NCBI GenBank assembly: GCA_951406725.2
Contig: OX597833.1
Span: forward strand, 39,308,001-39,372,000
Direction: 5' to 3'
From: Octopus vulgaris
Lineage: Eukaryota
DNA length: 64,000 nt
The first letter of the stretch is position 1. Each line of letters starts with the position of its first letter. The position numbers and the translations under genes were made by a program. Below the pieces are notes generated by a model that saw only the letters and a list, made by a program, of their open reading frames with translations, was not told the DNA's origin and did not search any database. Positions 38,020-51,192 of this stretch are shown piece after piece.

Positions 38020-39125
38020 GAAACCTAACTTTTAACATCATCTCCTTTGAAATAGTCCCCTTGCACAGCAATACACTGATCCCAGTGTTTTCCGACCACT
38101 TTTAGAATTTGGTCAGGAAGTTAGTTTCTGCAAACAAGTGAAGGATCTTCAGCAATTCAGTCTGGATCTTGACAATGGTGTTAAAACAGCAACCTTTGAG
38201 CTGCTTCTTCATCTTGAGGAAGAGATGAAAGCTTGCAGGTGCTAAATCTGGCAAATTGAGTGGGTATGTTGGTGATACCATGTTGTTTTTAATGAGAAAC
38301 TCATGAATGAGGAGAACTCAGTGACAGGGTGCATTGGCATTGTGAAGAATCCAGCTGTTCGTGCTCTACAGATCCAGTTGCTTCAGCTGAATGTCCTCCT
38401 TCAAACACTTTAAAATGTCACTGTAGAACTCTCAGGTCTGGCCCTGGGGAATGAATTCTCAATGCACAATACCACATTTTGGGGGTGATGCTCATGGCAG
38501 GTCTTCCAGATCATTCATTGTCTTCCAGGGGTGGAGGCGTGTGGCTTAGTGGTTAAAGGTGTTGAACTCATAATTGTAAGGTTGTGGTTTTGATTCCTGG
38601 ACTGGGCGATGCATTGTGTTCTTGAGCAAAACACTTCATTTCCACGTTGCTCCACTCCACTCAGCTGGCAAAAATGAGTAATCCTGCGATGGACCGGCGT
38701 CCTATCCAGGTGGGGAATTTCTATGCTACTGAAACTGAGAAACTGGCCCTTATGGGCCTGGCATGGCTCGAGAAGGATCATTGTCTTCCAGAGACATTCT
38801 TTTGAAGCACCCATGCCACTTGAAATATTGCATATGACCCCATTGCCTTATTGTCATAAGCTTGCCAAAGCATTCTCAATGTCTCTGTAGCAGACTTCCT
38901 GGGTTTAGCACAAGATTTCATGTTAGCTCTTAGTTCCAACTTCCTGTCCATGACTACAGCAATACAAATGATCGCAAAGACACAAATTTCACTTGTGAAA
39001 TAAACACAATAACGTCACTCAGTACACTGCCTCATAAAGGTCACTACTAGTTCTCATTGCACCTTCAACCATGTGCTGTCATTTGTTGGCCTGCTACAGA
39101 AGAAGTCCAAGAACTTTTTGACACG
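38020..39125 (-). mobile_element. internally deleted mariner transposon
   Basis: MDRKLELRANMK..KSATETLRMLWQAY..SLED..SGRP, NAPCH..PDLAPASFHLFLKMKKQLKG and HWDQCIAVQGDYF. TIR-like GTCAAAAAGTTCTTGGAC at the right end. Confidence 0.82.
38529..38777 (+). mobile_element. tRNA-derived SINE family C inserted in mariner
   Basis: 14-bp TSD TCATTGTCTTCCAG at 38515-38528 and 38778-38791. Confidence 0.88.
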
Positions 39126-39144
39126 GAGTTTGTTTCAAATTCGT

Positions 39145-39728
39145 ACTGAGTTTGTTTCCAAGTTGGTTCAGGCATATGATGTTAATAAGCCACAAAAATG
39201 GTGAAACATCGATGGGATTTGGGGCGAGTTGTATCACCTGTCTATGACTTTCAGGTATTTTAACATCTGACACTTTGAAGGAGTTACTTCCACAGTGCTA
39301 ACCGCAGCCTACTGGCAAACAAGTCTCATATCTTGAGTATGTGCAGTTGCTAATGTTTACAACACTACCATTGCTTATAATTCATAATTGAATTTAATCC
39401 TACATATGTATCATCGTGGCTCACCAGCAAATAGGTTTTACACTATTTATATATATATATATATATATATAGTCATAGAGTAGTGATTCAGTTTGCCTTC
39501 AATTCGGTTCTGGTACATGGTGTTGATAAACCACAAAAATGTCAAAACAACAATGTCCATTTCCACCTGAATGGGATTTGGGGCAAGTTGTCACCCTTGT
39601 CTATGACTTGCAGATAATTTAACATTCTAGTATCTAGTGCTTTGAGGGAGTCATCTCCACCATACAGACCTGTAGCATACCAGCTAACAAGCAAAATACA
39701 TACGTTGAGTATATGCAATCATTAACAT
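39145..39728 (+). repeat. old diverged direct duplication (~39145-39360 vs ~39490-39728)
   Basis: Shared CCACAAAAATG, ATGGGATTTGGGGC, TGTCTATGACTT and TTGAGTAT blocks. Confidence 0.75.
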
Positions 39729-39946
39729 CATCATCATCATCATCATCATCGTTTAACATATATATATATATATATATAAGTTCAGCAAAAATTTAGATTC
39801 AAATGAATATGGTACTTAATTTAGATGCACCAGAATTCTGTATGGTGTTATCCTTATAAATCCATGGGGTGGTTATATTCAAAATAAGCAACAAGAATGA
39901 CTCCGGTAATTTGGTACAATTGTTTCGTACTACATCATTTGATATA

Positions 39947-39985
<39 letters not shown>

Positions 39986-40004
39986 TGTATGTATGTATAC
40001 ATAT

Positions 40005-40065
<61 letters not shown>

Positions 40066-40634
40066 GTATGTATACACATATTGCATGTGTATCCATGCTT
40101 ATATTTGCAGATGGTAACCAGCATTGTGTTGTTGTGTCCCTTTGTGTCCCATAACTTTATGGATTGACAAATACATTTCAATAAAATAAATATCAATCTA
40201 GATTCAGTCCTGGGGTTGATATGCTATGATGAACTAATAAGACTTGAAAGCCATGTCCAAGCCTGGTTGCAATTCACAGATTGAAACCTGTAAAGGAATA
40301 AGACAATGGAACATGTACATACATGCATAGGTACATACATGTATACATTCATACATACATACATACATACATACATACATACATACATACATACATACAT
40401 GAATGCATGCATGCATGCATGCATACATACATACATACATACATATACATGTAAATGCATATGTATATATTTATATGTATATGTGTATATTTATATATTT
40501 CTAATACACACATATATATGCACACACACACACACACACATATATATGTATACACATATAGATAGATACATGTGCATGTATATATATGTACATACATGTA
40601 TATATATATATATAGACATAAATAAACGTGTGTG

Positions 40635-40685
<51 letters not shown>

Positions 40686-41679
40686 GTATTTGTGGGTGTA
40701 TACACAAATCTATATTTATGTATGCATTTAAGTAAGTGTCTGCATATACATAAATGTGTATATGTAGGTGAGCCTGCACCGCTATCAAGAATTGTGTGCA
40801 TGCACACACACACGCACACACACACATTCTTTTGCATCCCTACGTGTGCAGTTCATCGAAAGTCCACCATAACAATAGGTTTAAGCGTATGTGTATGGTG
40901 GGGTGTGGTGGGGTGCATATTATGTTATGCAATGTGCAGTGTGTGTGGAGCACACATTGCGCAATGTGCAATGTGCAATGTGTGATGTGTGATGCAATAC
41001 TATGGAAACAATCGCCACAATCAAACCAATTCCTTAGAAGGTCTGAATAATGTATAAACTGTGTTTTATTTGATGTTTGCAGTGAGATGCATTTGCAACA
41101 TCAGAGGTGCATATAACATCAAACAATTGCATATGTTCACAGCAAATGCACTAACTTGCTGCTGATGTTGCCACAGCTGCTTCTGATGCTGCTTTGGTCC
41201 GTACATTAGTAAAAATGTGAAGAATCTCACTCGTTGCCAAAATATTAAAAATATCAAAGACAGCAGGGGATTTTTTTTTGTTTCTTTTTGCGTTTTTTGC
41301 ATCCTCAAAGTTATCAAGAACTGCACGATTTATTGTTTTTTTTTTAAATTTCTGTTTTTATTTTCTTTCTTGGTGTTGCATTGGTTTTATTTGCTTTGAT
41401 CATCATCATCATCATCGTTGCCGTTGACATCATTGTCCTCAGCATCTCCGTCACCACCATCACCCTCACCAGCAGCAGCAGTACAACCACTACCACTGTG
41501 ACCAACACCATTGTTTTCCATCACCATTATCATTGATATTACCAGTCTTCATCATTATTAAATGCAAAAAAAATACGATTGCTACCATCATTTTCATTGT
41601 TATCATGATGATGACATCATCATCATCCTCATTCCTCCATTATCATTCCCCACATCATTCTCCTAATAATTCATCATTA

Positions 41680-42185
41680 TCCTCCTCTTCCTCCTCATCT
41701 TCCCCTCTTCCTCCTCCTCTTCCTCCTCCTCCTCTTCCTCTTGCTCTTCCTCCTCCCCTTCCCCTCTTCCTCCTCCTCCTCCTCCTGCTCTTCCTCTTGC
41801 TCTTCCTCCTCCTCTTCCTCCACCTCTTCCTCTTGATCTTCCTCCACTTCTTCCTCCTGATCTTCCTCCTCCTCGTCTTCCTCCTGATCTTCCTCCTGCT
41901 CTCCCTTCCCCTCCTCCTATTCCACCTTCTCTTCCTCCCTTTCTTCTCCCCTTTCTTCTCTCCTTCCTCCTCCTCTTCCTCCCCTCTTCTTCTTCCTCTT
42001 CCTCTTCCACCTCCTCCTCCACCTCCACTTCCACTTCTCTTCCCCCCTCTTCTTCTCCCTCTTCCTCTTCCACCTCCTCCTCCACCTCCACTTCCACTTC
42101 TCTTCTTCTCCCTCTTCCTTCTCCCCTTCCACATCCCCTTCCACCTCCTCTTCCTCCCCTCCTCCTCCTCCTCCTCTCCCTCTTT
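41680..42185. repeat. polypyrimidine (CCT/CTT) tract
   Basis: About 500 bp that is nearly purine-free on the + strand. Confidence 0.9.
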
Positions 42186-43307
42186 ATGCTCGAATCCCTC
42201 AAAGTTTGTCATTTTCCTGGAAGTCCATTGTATACCAGGGTTGGTTGAATCACTTATATTATCTCTTGCTCTCTGTCCTTGCAAATATGGTGTGTTTTGT
42301 CAATACAAAACAGTATTGTTATTCCAGTGGGTGACTGAAATCAGTGAAACATAGGATAAATAGCAATTCACCCTTGCAATGTTTTGTTATGTGATTTTAC
42401 ATTCTGAGTTCAAATCATGCTGAGTTCAACTTTGTTTTTTATCCATTTGAGGTTGATAAATAAGTACCAGCTGGCATAGCTGCTTGATTAAAAAGTTCAC
42501 TTCAAAAACTCATCAATTCCTGGTTCAATCACACTGCACAGTACACAACAAAAAATCAACTTTCTACTCAAAGAATATTGTGACCTAAATCTGACACACT
42601 TGTTTACTTCTATGCTTGGTCGAATCTCAAACAATAGCAAAATTTCCACACCAAACCAAATAAGATTTACTGCCAATAACTTTTTATCAATGTGCTTGAC
42701 TGAACCCTAAGCAAAAATAAAATTACCACATCAAACCAAATAAAATCTACTTACAATAACTTTCTATTAACCCGTACCCTACAAACACAAACTTTTCTTC
42801 TATACTTCTCTATCCCTCTTCCTAAATAACACCTAATTATCATTCCACATAGCTGCACCTAAAATAACTACTTGACTATATAAAACTACATAAAGTAAAA
42901 CACAATGTGAAAAAGAGAGCAAGTTGACACTTTGCAGCCACTACCAACCTTCACCTTGTTAAAGTTTGGTAAATATATACATGGATGTTTGTTTATATGT
43001 ATGACATATATATATTATACACACACACACATGCATGCATGCACCCCTCCCCCACACATTAAACCTCAAATGCTTGAAATAGTAAAAGATAAAAGATAAA
43101 AGGTATACATTCATACATACATACATGCACATACACAGTTACATGTCTGCATACATGCATACATACATACATGCATACATTCATGCATACATACATACAT
43201 GCATACATACATGTATATACATGCATAAATGCATACATGCATAGATGCATACATACATAATACATGCATACATGCATACATACATGCATACATGCATACA
43301 TACATGA

Positions 43308-44867
43308 ATGCATGCATGCTTACATACATGCATACATACATACATACATGCATACAAGCATACATACATGTATGCATACATACAAAATAAGCGCAACTAT
43401 GCCTCCCCTGGTCTCGATGGAGTTACATACCTGCTTCTCAAACGTGGCAGGCACTTCCTTTTACACCAGCTTTCTATTTTCTTCCAGTACTGTCTCAACA
43501 ATGGTGCTACTCCGGAGCAGTGGAAAACTGCCAGTGTCATTCCTCTGTTCAAAAAGGGTGACCGCACATCACCTGTCAACTATCGCCCAGTCAGTCTCAC
43601 TAGCTGTATTGCAAAACTGATGGAATCGTGTGTCAGAGAAACACTCTGGAACTTCTGGAGCTCTCACAGTCTCATCCGACCCTCACAATATGGATTTGTC
43701 CCTAACTCCAGCTGCAGTGACCAGCTTGTCGAGTTCCTTGAGGACATTACTCAGATCACTGACAGTGGCTCATGGGTGGATGTTGTCTACCTTGACTTTG
43801 CTAAGGCTTTCAACTCTGTGCCACACAAAAGGCTTATGGTGAAACTCTCTGCAATGGGTGTGGGGGATGACCTTTTTAACTGGTTGAAATCCTTCATCCT
43901 CAGCCGAAAGGAGGTAGTTACAGTTCTAGGACAGCACTCTACACCATATGAGATGTCATCGGGTGTACCACAGGGATCTGTCCTTGGTCCCCTCCTGTTT
44001 GTGGCATACATTAATGACATAGATGCCAATTTAAAGAATGCCACAGTATTGAAATATGCAGACGACATCAAGCTGTACCTTGAAATCAAGAGGACTGATC
44101 CTGATGTCTACAACTCTTTCCTGCAATCAGACCTAGACACAATGCAGCAATGGATCACAGACTGGCAACTGAAACTGGCTGTGGACAAGTGTACCACCAT
44201 GCATTTTGGGAGAAAAAACCCTGCGTCCACATACTCCCTCCACAACACTGATATCAAGAAATCCTCTTGCGAGCGTGACCTAGGCATCACTGTCAGCAGT
44301 GATTTGCGTTGGACAAAGCATATCTCTAAAATTGTCAAGAAGGCCGAGGGTGTCTTGGCATCACTCAGCAAGACTTTTGTTAGCCGCTCTCCAGCCATCT
44401 ATTTAAAACTGTATACAGCTATGGTACGACCACACTTGGAATTCGCATCATCAGTTTGGAATCCCTATCTTGCTCAGAACATTGACCTCCTGGAATCTGT
44501 CCAGAGACGTGCAACCAAACGCATACCCTCCATCAGACACCTACCATATTCTGAGCGCCTTGTTTCCCTGGGCATGGATTCACTGAAGCTCCGGCGTCTA
44601 GCGACGGACTTGGTAAACACCCACAAGGTTATCAACCACCTCACCAACAACAACACTGAACACCTTTTTGATCTCCATGTGTCTAACACACGTGGACATG
44701 CCTACAAAGTCAGAAAACAGCACAGCTCCCATGACTTTCGGAAACATTTTTTCACGCTCAGGGTTGCTGAAGCGTGGAATAAACTGCCTGCATCAGTTGT
44801 TGACTGCCATGACACTGCATCCTTTAAGGCCCTCATGCTTCCCGAAATCCGTCGAAACTACACCTGA
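43308..44867 (+). CDS. non-LTR retrotransposon reverse transcriptase (ORF2 C-terminal part)
   Basis: SPGLDG, NYRPVSLTS, QYGF, VYLDFAKAF, SGVPQGSVLGPLLF, YADD and ERDLG motifs with no stops. The first ~26 codons are microsatellite read-through. Confidence 0.92.
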   Translation: MHACLHTCIHTYIHAYKHTYMYAYIQNKRNYASPGLDGVTYLLLKRGRHFLLHQLSIFFQYCLNNGATPEQWKTASVIPLFKKGDRTSPVNYRPVSLTSCIAKLMESCVRETLWNFWSSHSLIRPSQYGFVPNSSCSDQLVEFLEDITQITDSGSWVDVVYLDFAKAFNSVPHKRLMVKLSAMGVGDDLFNWLKSFILSRKEVVTVLGQHSTPYEMSSGVPQGSVLGPLLFVAYINDIDANLKNATVLKYADDIKLYLEIKRTDPDVYNSFLQSDLDTMQQWITDWQLKLAVDKCTTMHFGRKNPASTYSLHNTDIKKSSCERDLGITVSSDLRWTKHISKIVKKAEGVLASLSKTFVSRSPAIYLKLYTAMVRPHLEFASSVWNPYLAQNIDLLESVQRRATKRIPSIRHLPYSERLVSLGMDSLKLRRLATDLVNTHKVINHLTNNNTEHLFDLHVSNTRGHAYKVRKQHSSHDFRKHFFTLRVAEAWNKLPASVVDCHDTASFKALMLPEIRRNYT

Positions 44868-44945
44868 TTATATATACACTTTAGATGAGTTGTAGTGCAC
44901 CTGAGCACTGTACACAATTATTATTATTATTATTATTATTATTAT
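43384..44945 (+). mobile_element. 5'-truncated CR1-clade LINE
   Basis: RT ORF followed by a short 3' UTR and (TTA)n tail. Inserted in (CATA)n. Confidence 0.9.
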
Positions 44946-45048
44946 ACATATATGCATACATACATACATGCATACATACATACATGCATACATACATATA
45001 TGCATACATACATACATGCATACATACATACATACATACATACATACA

Positions 45049-45080
<32 letters not shown>

Positions 45081-45377
45081 GAGTGAAATAGCCAACCACT
45101 GGAATTTCTGTTATGGTTTTAATTCTGTAGTTATAACTGTTCCCAATACAGCATGGGAAATCCATTTCAGAGATAGAGATATTAATACTAACCAGCCTTA
45201 GTTTTGTTCTTGCTCTCTCTCTCTCTCTCTCTCTCTCTCACTAGTTCTCTCTATCCATTTATATTTATCTTTTCTGTATATCTTCCTTCTTCTTCTTCTT
45301 CTTCTTCTTCTTCTTCTTCTTCTTCTTCTTCTTCTTCTTCTTCTTCTTCTTCTTCTCTTCCTCCTCCTCCTCCTCCT

Positions 45378-45419
<42 letters not shown>

Positions 45420-45699
45420 CTTTGTCACTGTCTGTCTGTCTTTGTCTCTGTCTATTTGTCTTTGTCTCTGACTGTCTGTCTTGGTTTCTGTCTGTCTGTC
45501 TCTGTCTCTCTCCCTCTCCACATCTCTCTCTCTCCCTCTCCACATCTCTCTCTCTCCCTCTCCACATCTCTCTCTCTCTCTCCTTCCTGACGAATATTTG
45601 AAAAGAATAAATTCAAGGTTCTCCCAACAGTTGAAAGTATTGTTTTTGAGACTTTGCAGAAATGCACATGGGTATTTTAAAAATGTATATATATTTAAT

Positions 45700-46644
45700 A
45701 TTATGCACAGTGCATTTGTTGTTATTATCTTCACCAGGTCATCACCATACATGTTTAATACCATCTGACCCAAACAAGTTGATTTTAGTCGTCTTGGTAC
45801 AAAAAAGAATTTTATTTCAAAACTCCTTTCCCCTTACTCACATGGATTTCGGCAAAAGAAAGAAGACTTGATTTATGCCTGGCAGTGAGGAGAGGCTTCC
45901 TACAAGAAATGCATCCATGAAGACCACACTGGTTCAAACTTCAGCGAACTGTTTGGGAGGATACACTCTTTCGACTAACAGAAAACACTTCTTAGGCCAA
46001 AGATGAAGTGGTACAACGCCTGTCGTCCATCACACAACTTTGGATGTGGTGAATATCATGAACAGTTAAAATAGAAGAATGACCTGGATGTTGTTTATTG
46101 CTCAAACGACGATATTTATTGCTTACTTTGGCAACTGTGTTTACACTAATATGTATTCGTTTGCTAATTAACTTATATCCTAAACCATTCTTGTGGGAAT
46201 TAGAAATAATTTTCTTCAAATCTTCAGACAATTCTTTTTCTTTTGGTGTCATTTTAATTACAACGAAGAAGGTTTTCACCATGATACATAAATCAGAATT
46301 CCTGCAGATGCAATAACGATGATGCATACAAAAATGCCAAGAGAAATAATTTATTGGAATTGAAATTACCAGCAATATCGGAATTTAGTAAAAAAAAATG
46401 TGGATAAAATATTGAATATAGTAAATTTCCTTTAGGGTGTACATATTATTGTAACATTTGAAAATTAATATTTTGTTCATATCTTTGAAAATGTTTATTG
46501 GTTTGTGCTCCAGATTTGTATAATGTTTGCGTGTATAATATATTTTATTTAGTATAAATTTCGTTTGATTTCCTTTGATAGTATCAGAGTAATAGCAATT
46601 TTACTGAAATTTTTTAGGGTTGTACATACTTCTGTGAGATACTG
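45700..46644 (-). mobile_element. decayed Tc1-like (IR/DR, Passport-like) transposon, 5' part
   Basis: TA-CAGTATCTCACAGAAGTATGTACAACCC end with an inner DR near 46433-46456. MTPKEKELSEDLKKII..HKNGLGYKLISK and TKINLFGSDGIKHVW motifs. Confidence 0.85.
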
Positions 46645-46695
<51 letters not shown>

Positions 46696-47241
46696 GTTAC
46701 ATATTTATTATATAATACCTTGATACTGTGTGGACTAAGATCCCCGTTAACAGGTCACTGGTATTTATAGAGTGTTAAACACTTTCTGTATGCAAATTAA
46801 GGACTCCTTCATAGAGTAACTGCTCCATTTGTTGAGTATATAAACAGTTTGGCTGTTTGTTTCTCCAGAGGCTGTCAGAATGATGTGGATGCCTCTGTGG
46901 GGAATCCAATAAGGTTCGAAAATTGATTAAGGTTGTTTATTATTGTTTTTTTTAGTCTGCGGAGAAATTGCTAAAATTTTCCTGGTTTATAATTATACCA
47001 TATGTTACATGTGTGTATATATACATGCACACATCCTGTTCAAGGAAAATTTGATATTTATTTAGATGCTTCTTTGTTTTCAGGAACCGCTTGCAGCTTG
47101 ATATATTGGTGAAGAGTCATGTGTGATGTGGTGCAGTCATATGAAGATACATAGTGCATGACATTGCAGGTGGGTCCCAGTTAGAATTTTCTTTAGGTTG
47201 AGTAGCCTATCCTTCTCAAAAGGTCCCTGAATAAGGTTCTT

Positions 47242-47454
47242 TTAACCCTTTAGCATCCAAATCATTCAGTCAAATGTAATATTTATTTATTAACATTGTT
47301 TTGAATTAACCATGCTTTGAAATTCTGATGATGTGATTGTATATTTTTAGAATGACATTGTAGGACATGTGTAAGAGACTAGATCTGGCCAGTTTGAACA
47401 TAAAATGGGTAGAATATTTTGGTCAGATATGTTCAGTTTATATGCTAAAGGGTA
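47242..47454 (-). mobile_element. piggyBac-type MITE (reverse orientation)
   Basis: TTAACCCTTTAGCAT..ATGCTAAAGGG. Reverse complement of 8419-8640. Confidence 0.8.
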
Positions 47455-48033
47455 TGATGAACGAAACACCCATGTTTCCAGAGGTTAATTTTTTAACCCC
47501 AAAGAATTCCTCTCAACAATTATTTGGTGAGGTGGCAGGATTGTTTGTCTGTATCAAGAAATGTTCCAATGTATTTCTCCTGGTTTTTATGTTCTGGGTT
47601 CAAATCTTCCTGCCTTTCATCCTTTTAGGGCTGATAAGATAAAGTGCTTGTCTAGTACCGGAGTCTGCAATACTGACCACTCTCCTCAGAATGGTTGGCA
47701 TTGTGCCTAAACCAGAAACCATGCACACACACACACATGAAAAAGAAAGACTCATTATCATTACCATCACCATCACCACTACCACCATCATCTTCTTCAT
47801 GGAAACCAACATTACATAACCAACGATCATTATCATAACCAACATCACCATTAACCCTAATAATTTCATGGTCCTATTTTTGACATTCACACAACTGGTC
47901 CTACTTAAAACGTCAAATTGCATTGTTGCATTGTCATAAATGTCACATCGTATAATACATTAGAGTACTCTACATATATACAGACATACATACATTTATG
48001 GGTGTATATATATATGTATGCATACATACATAT

Positions 48034-48082
<49 letters not shown>

Positions 48083-48145
48083 CATGTATAATCAAATGCA
48101 CATGAAAACACAGGTATGTTTGTATTTAAATGCATATACATATTT

Positions 48146-48370
48146 ATCTTTTATTCTTTTATCTGTTTTAGCCATTTGACTGCAGCCATGCTGGAGCACT
48201 GCCTTAATGTGTTTTAGTCGTAGAAATCGACCCAGGATTTATTCCTTGTAAGCCCAGCACATATTCTATTGGTTCTCTTTTGCTGAATTGCTAAATTGCA
48301 GGGACATAAACTCACCAGCATCGGTTGTCAAGTGATGGCAGGGGGACAAATACAGACACAAAGACACACA
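48146..48370 (-). mobile_element. SINE family A, 3' half
   Basis: Reverse-complement homology. Confidence 0.8.
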
Positions 48371-48449
48371 TACATAAATACATAAACGTGTACATCATCA
48401 TCATCATCATCATCGTTTAACATATATATATGTATATTTATATATATAC

Positions 48450-48605
48450 AGGGATAATTCACAAAACAGCAAAAGACGAAGACAGGTTGTGTAGACAACA
48501 AACAGATGTATTAGTTTAACGCTCAGGAAGTGAAAAAGTCTTCAACGTTTTGAGCCAACGTTCTTCCACAGAAAGGAACATAGAAAGAAACAAGGAGAGA
48601 AAATA
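48450..48605 (-). mobile_element. short element with degenerate hammerhead-like motif
   Basis: Homolog of 19725-19875. rc cttt-CTGTGGA-agaacgttggctc-AAAA-cgtt-gaag. Confidence 0.55.
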
Positions 48606-48924
48606 AAGAATGTGTAGTGGCTAGTGATCTATCATGGTGAATGCTGGACAGAGGGGTCACACAGGAGAGCTAGAAAGAAGGGGAGATAATAAAGTAGTGG
48701 TGATCCCAAAACGAAGGTGCTCGTGCATGTGTATAAGAGAGCATGTATGTGCATGTGGAAGAGAGTTGGTGACTTTGACGTGTGCATGTGTGTATGTGTA
48801 GGTGCATGGATGTGGGTCAGTGCTAGTGTGTACATGATGGTGTCATGTGATGTGATGTGGTGTTGTGTGATATGGTGGTGCATGGTGTAGTGGATTTAGA
48901 AGATAGAAAATGAAAAAGGCTGTC

Positions 48925-48961
<37 letters not shown>

Positions 48962-49096
48962 AACTTTGTTTACAGGAAATGTTTTAAATATGTGTATAAA
49001 AGCTCCAATTCTATTATGCCAGCTACAGCCTAATGATACCAACTGGAGATACCAGCTTTTTGGGGTAACACCAAATTGTGCTGATATAATGTATGA

Positions 49097-49101
49097 TATA
49101 T

Positions 49102-49156
<55 letters not shown>

Positions 49157-49254
49157 TAATAATCCTTGGATAGAATTTATAAAAATTTTAATGCTGCACA
49201 TAGCGATGCATTAAAATATTTTAAAATTCCATCTAAGGATTATTATTATTATTA

Positions 49255-49265
<11 letters not shown>
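49097..49265. repeat. imperfect hairpin with microsatellite arms
   Basis: 49163-49194 pairs with 49208-49239. The flanks TATAGT(AAT)n / (ATT)nACTATA extend the symmetry. Confidence 0.8.
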
Positions 49266-49308
<43 letters not shown>

Positions 49309-49515
49309 ATGTGTGTGTGTGTGCGTGCGTGTGTGTGTGCGTGTGTGTGTGAGTGTTACCGTGTCTTGAGTTCATGTGAATGTATGTAAGCAGCAATAGA
49401 AGAAGAAAATCAGCCAAATTCCTAAAACATTAAAACAGAATGTCTGCAGTGAGAACTATTCATAACGGTCGAGGGAAAATTATGTCAAGCACTCAAGAAG
49501 CTTCATATTTGCATA

Positions 49516-49567
<52 letters not shown>

Positions 49568-50242
49568 ATGTGTACATATAAGTATGCATGCCTATTTGTC
49601 TATCTCTATATCTGTGAGTGTGTGTAATGTATTATGAATATATATATATATATTTATATCATTTATATCTGCAGATACAATGTATCTGTGTTACAGTGTC
49701 TACTTGCACCGAGTTTTATGGCAGCCTAAGCTTAACAAGCATCAAAGAAAATCAGAGAATGACTAGACATCTATATTCACTGTCCTTCTGATAACATCCT
49801 TTCTCCTGTTTGCCTCTTCCTATTCTGTTGTATGTTAATTTCACCTCATCTGAGACCAATATAATGTGCTTCCATCAACTCTTGTACTCCAGTAACTAGT
49901 CACTTCCATAATGGTGAATCTTTATAATCCAATAATTTTTACAAATAAAAGTTACACATTTCTGATGATTGGACAATAAGTCTTGATTACGTAAGCTGTC
50001 CCCTTATCTTTTCGTAATGGTCAGTTGGGTTTTGAAAATTCTTGGTTCTTTATATTATCTCTTATTCTGATTTGGAGTTGGTGCCAATTAACACCAAGCA
50101 ATTGCTCTACCCTTTCTAGAAAGGAGATGGGGATTATTTCTTTCATAATATCAAGAAGTGATTTTGTATATTATTTGAACATAAATTCACTCATCTTACC
50201 CACCCCTGCCCATACATGTATTATATATATGTATTGTATATA

Positions 50243-50274
<32 letters not shown>

Positions 50275-50457
50275 GGTGCAGAAGTGGCTCATTGGATTTT
50301 ATCAGACTGTCTAGCCATGCTTCTTACATTCCACCGGCACAGGACCAGTCAGGCAGTACTGGCACCAACCAAGCTCGTATGGTTCTTTTCATGTACCACC
50401 AGCACGGGAGCAAGTCCAGTGGCACTGGCATCAACCATGTTCGAATGGTGTTTTTTA

Positions 50458-50496
<39 letters not shown>

Positions 50497-50508
50497 TATA
50501 TAATTACA

Positions 50509-50550
<42 letters not shown>

Positions 50551-50842
50551 TATATATATACATATTTATATTTATATGTATATATATATATATATCTCCT
50601 TTCTTACTTCTCTTCACCCCTTTGTAACCCATCTTCCTCTTTCCCCTATTCTAATTGCATTTTACCATCCATTCCTCCCACCTCCATGCACCCACCATTC
50701 ATTCAGTATTCTGCTTTGTTATAACCAGAAATGGGTCTGATGAAAGTAGCATTAATTTGTTTAGGTTGTTCAGTTTTTCTCACCTGATCAATAGACTGAT
50801 TGAGTAAGCCTATCAGTAATGACCATTATTTTAAGCTTGTTT

Positions 50843-50916
<74 letters not shown>

Positions 50917-51114
50917 TGTAATAGTAATAATAACAATAATAATAATAATATATATATAATTTTAAAAAAGTGTGTTACTGTCTGGGAGATTCTTATGGTA
51001 GTAGAAAAGGAATTTTTAACTCCTCTTTCTAAATTCGGTATGTGGTGAAGCAATTAGCTGACTCCTAATTATAATTATGCTTATAATTATAGAATATATA
51101 TATATATATGCATG

Positions 51115-51192
<78 letters not shown>

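Noticed and set aside
41533-42354. 273-aa Pro/Leu ORF and antisense Arg/Gly/Glu ORFs
   Set aside because: Products of a CCT/CTT polypyrimidine tract.
50730-50790. CTGATGA at 50737
   Set aside because: No stem II or GAAA follows.
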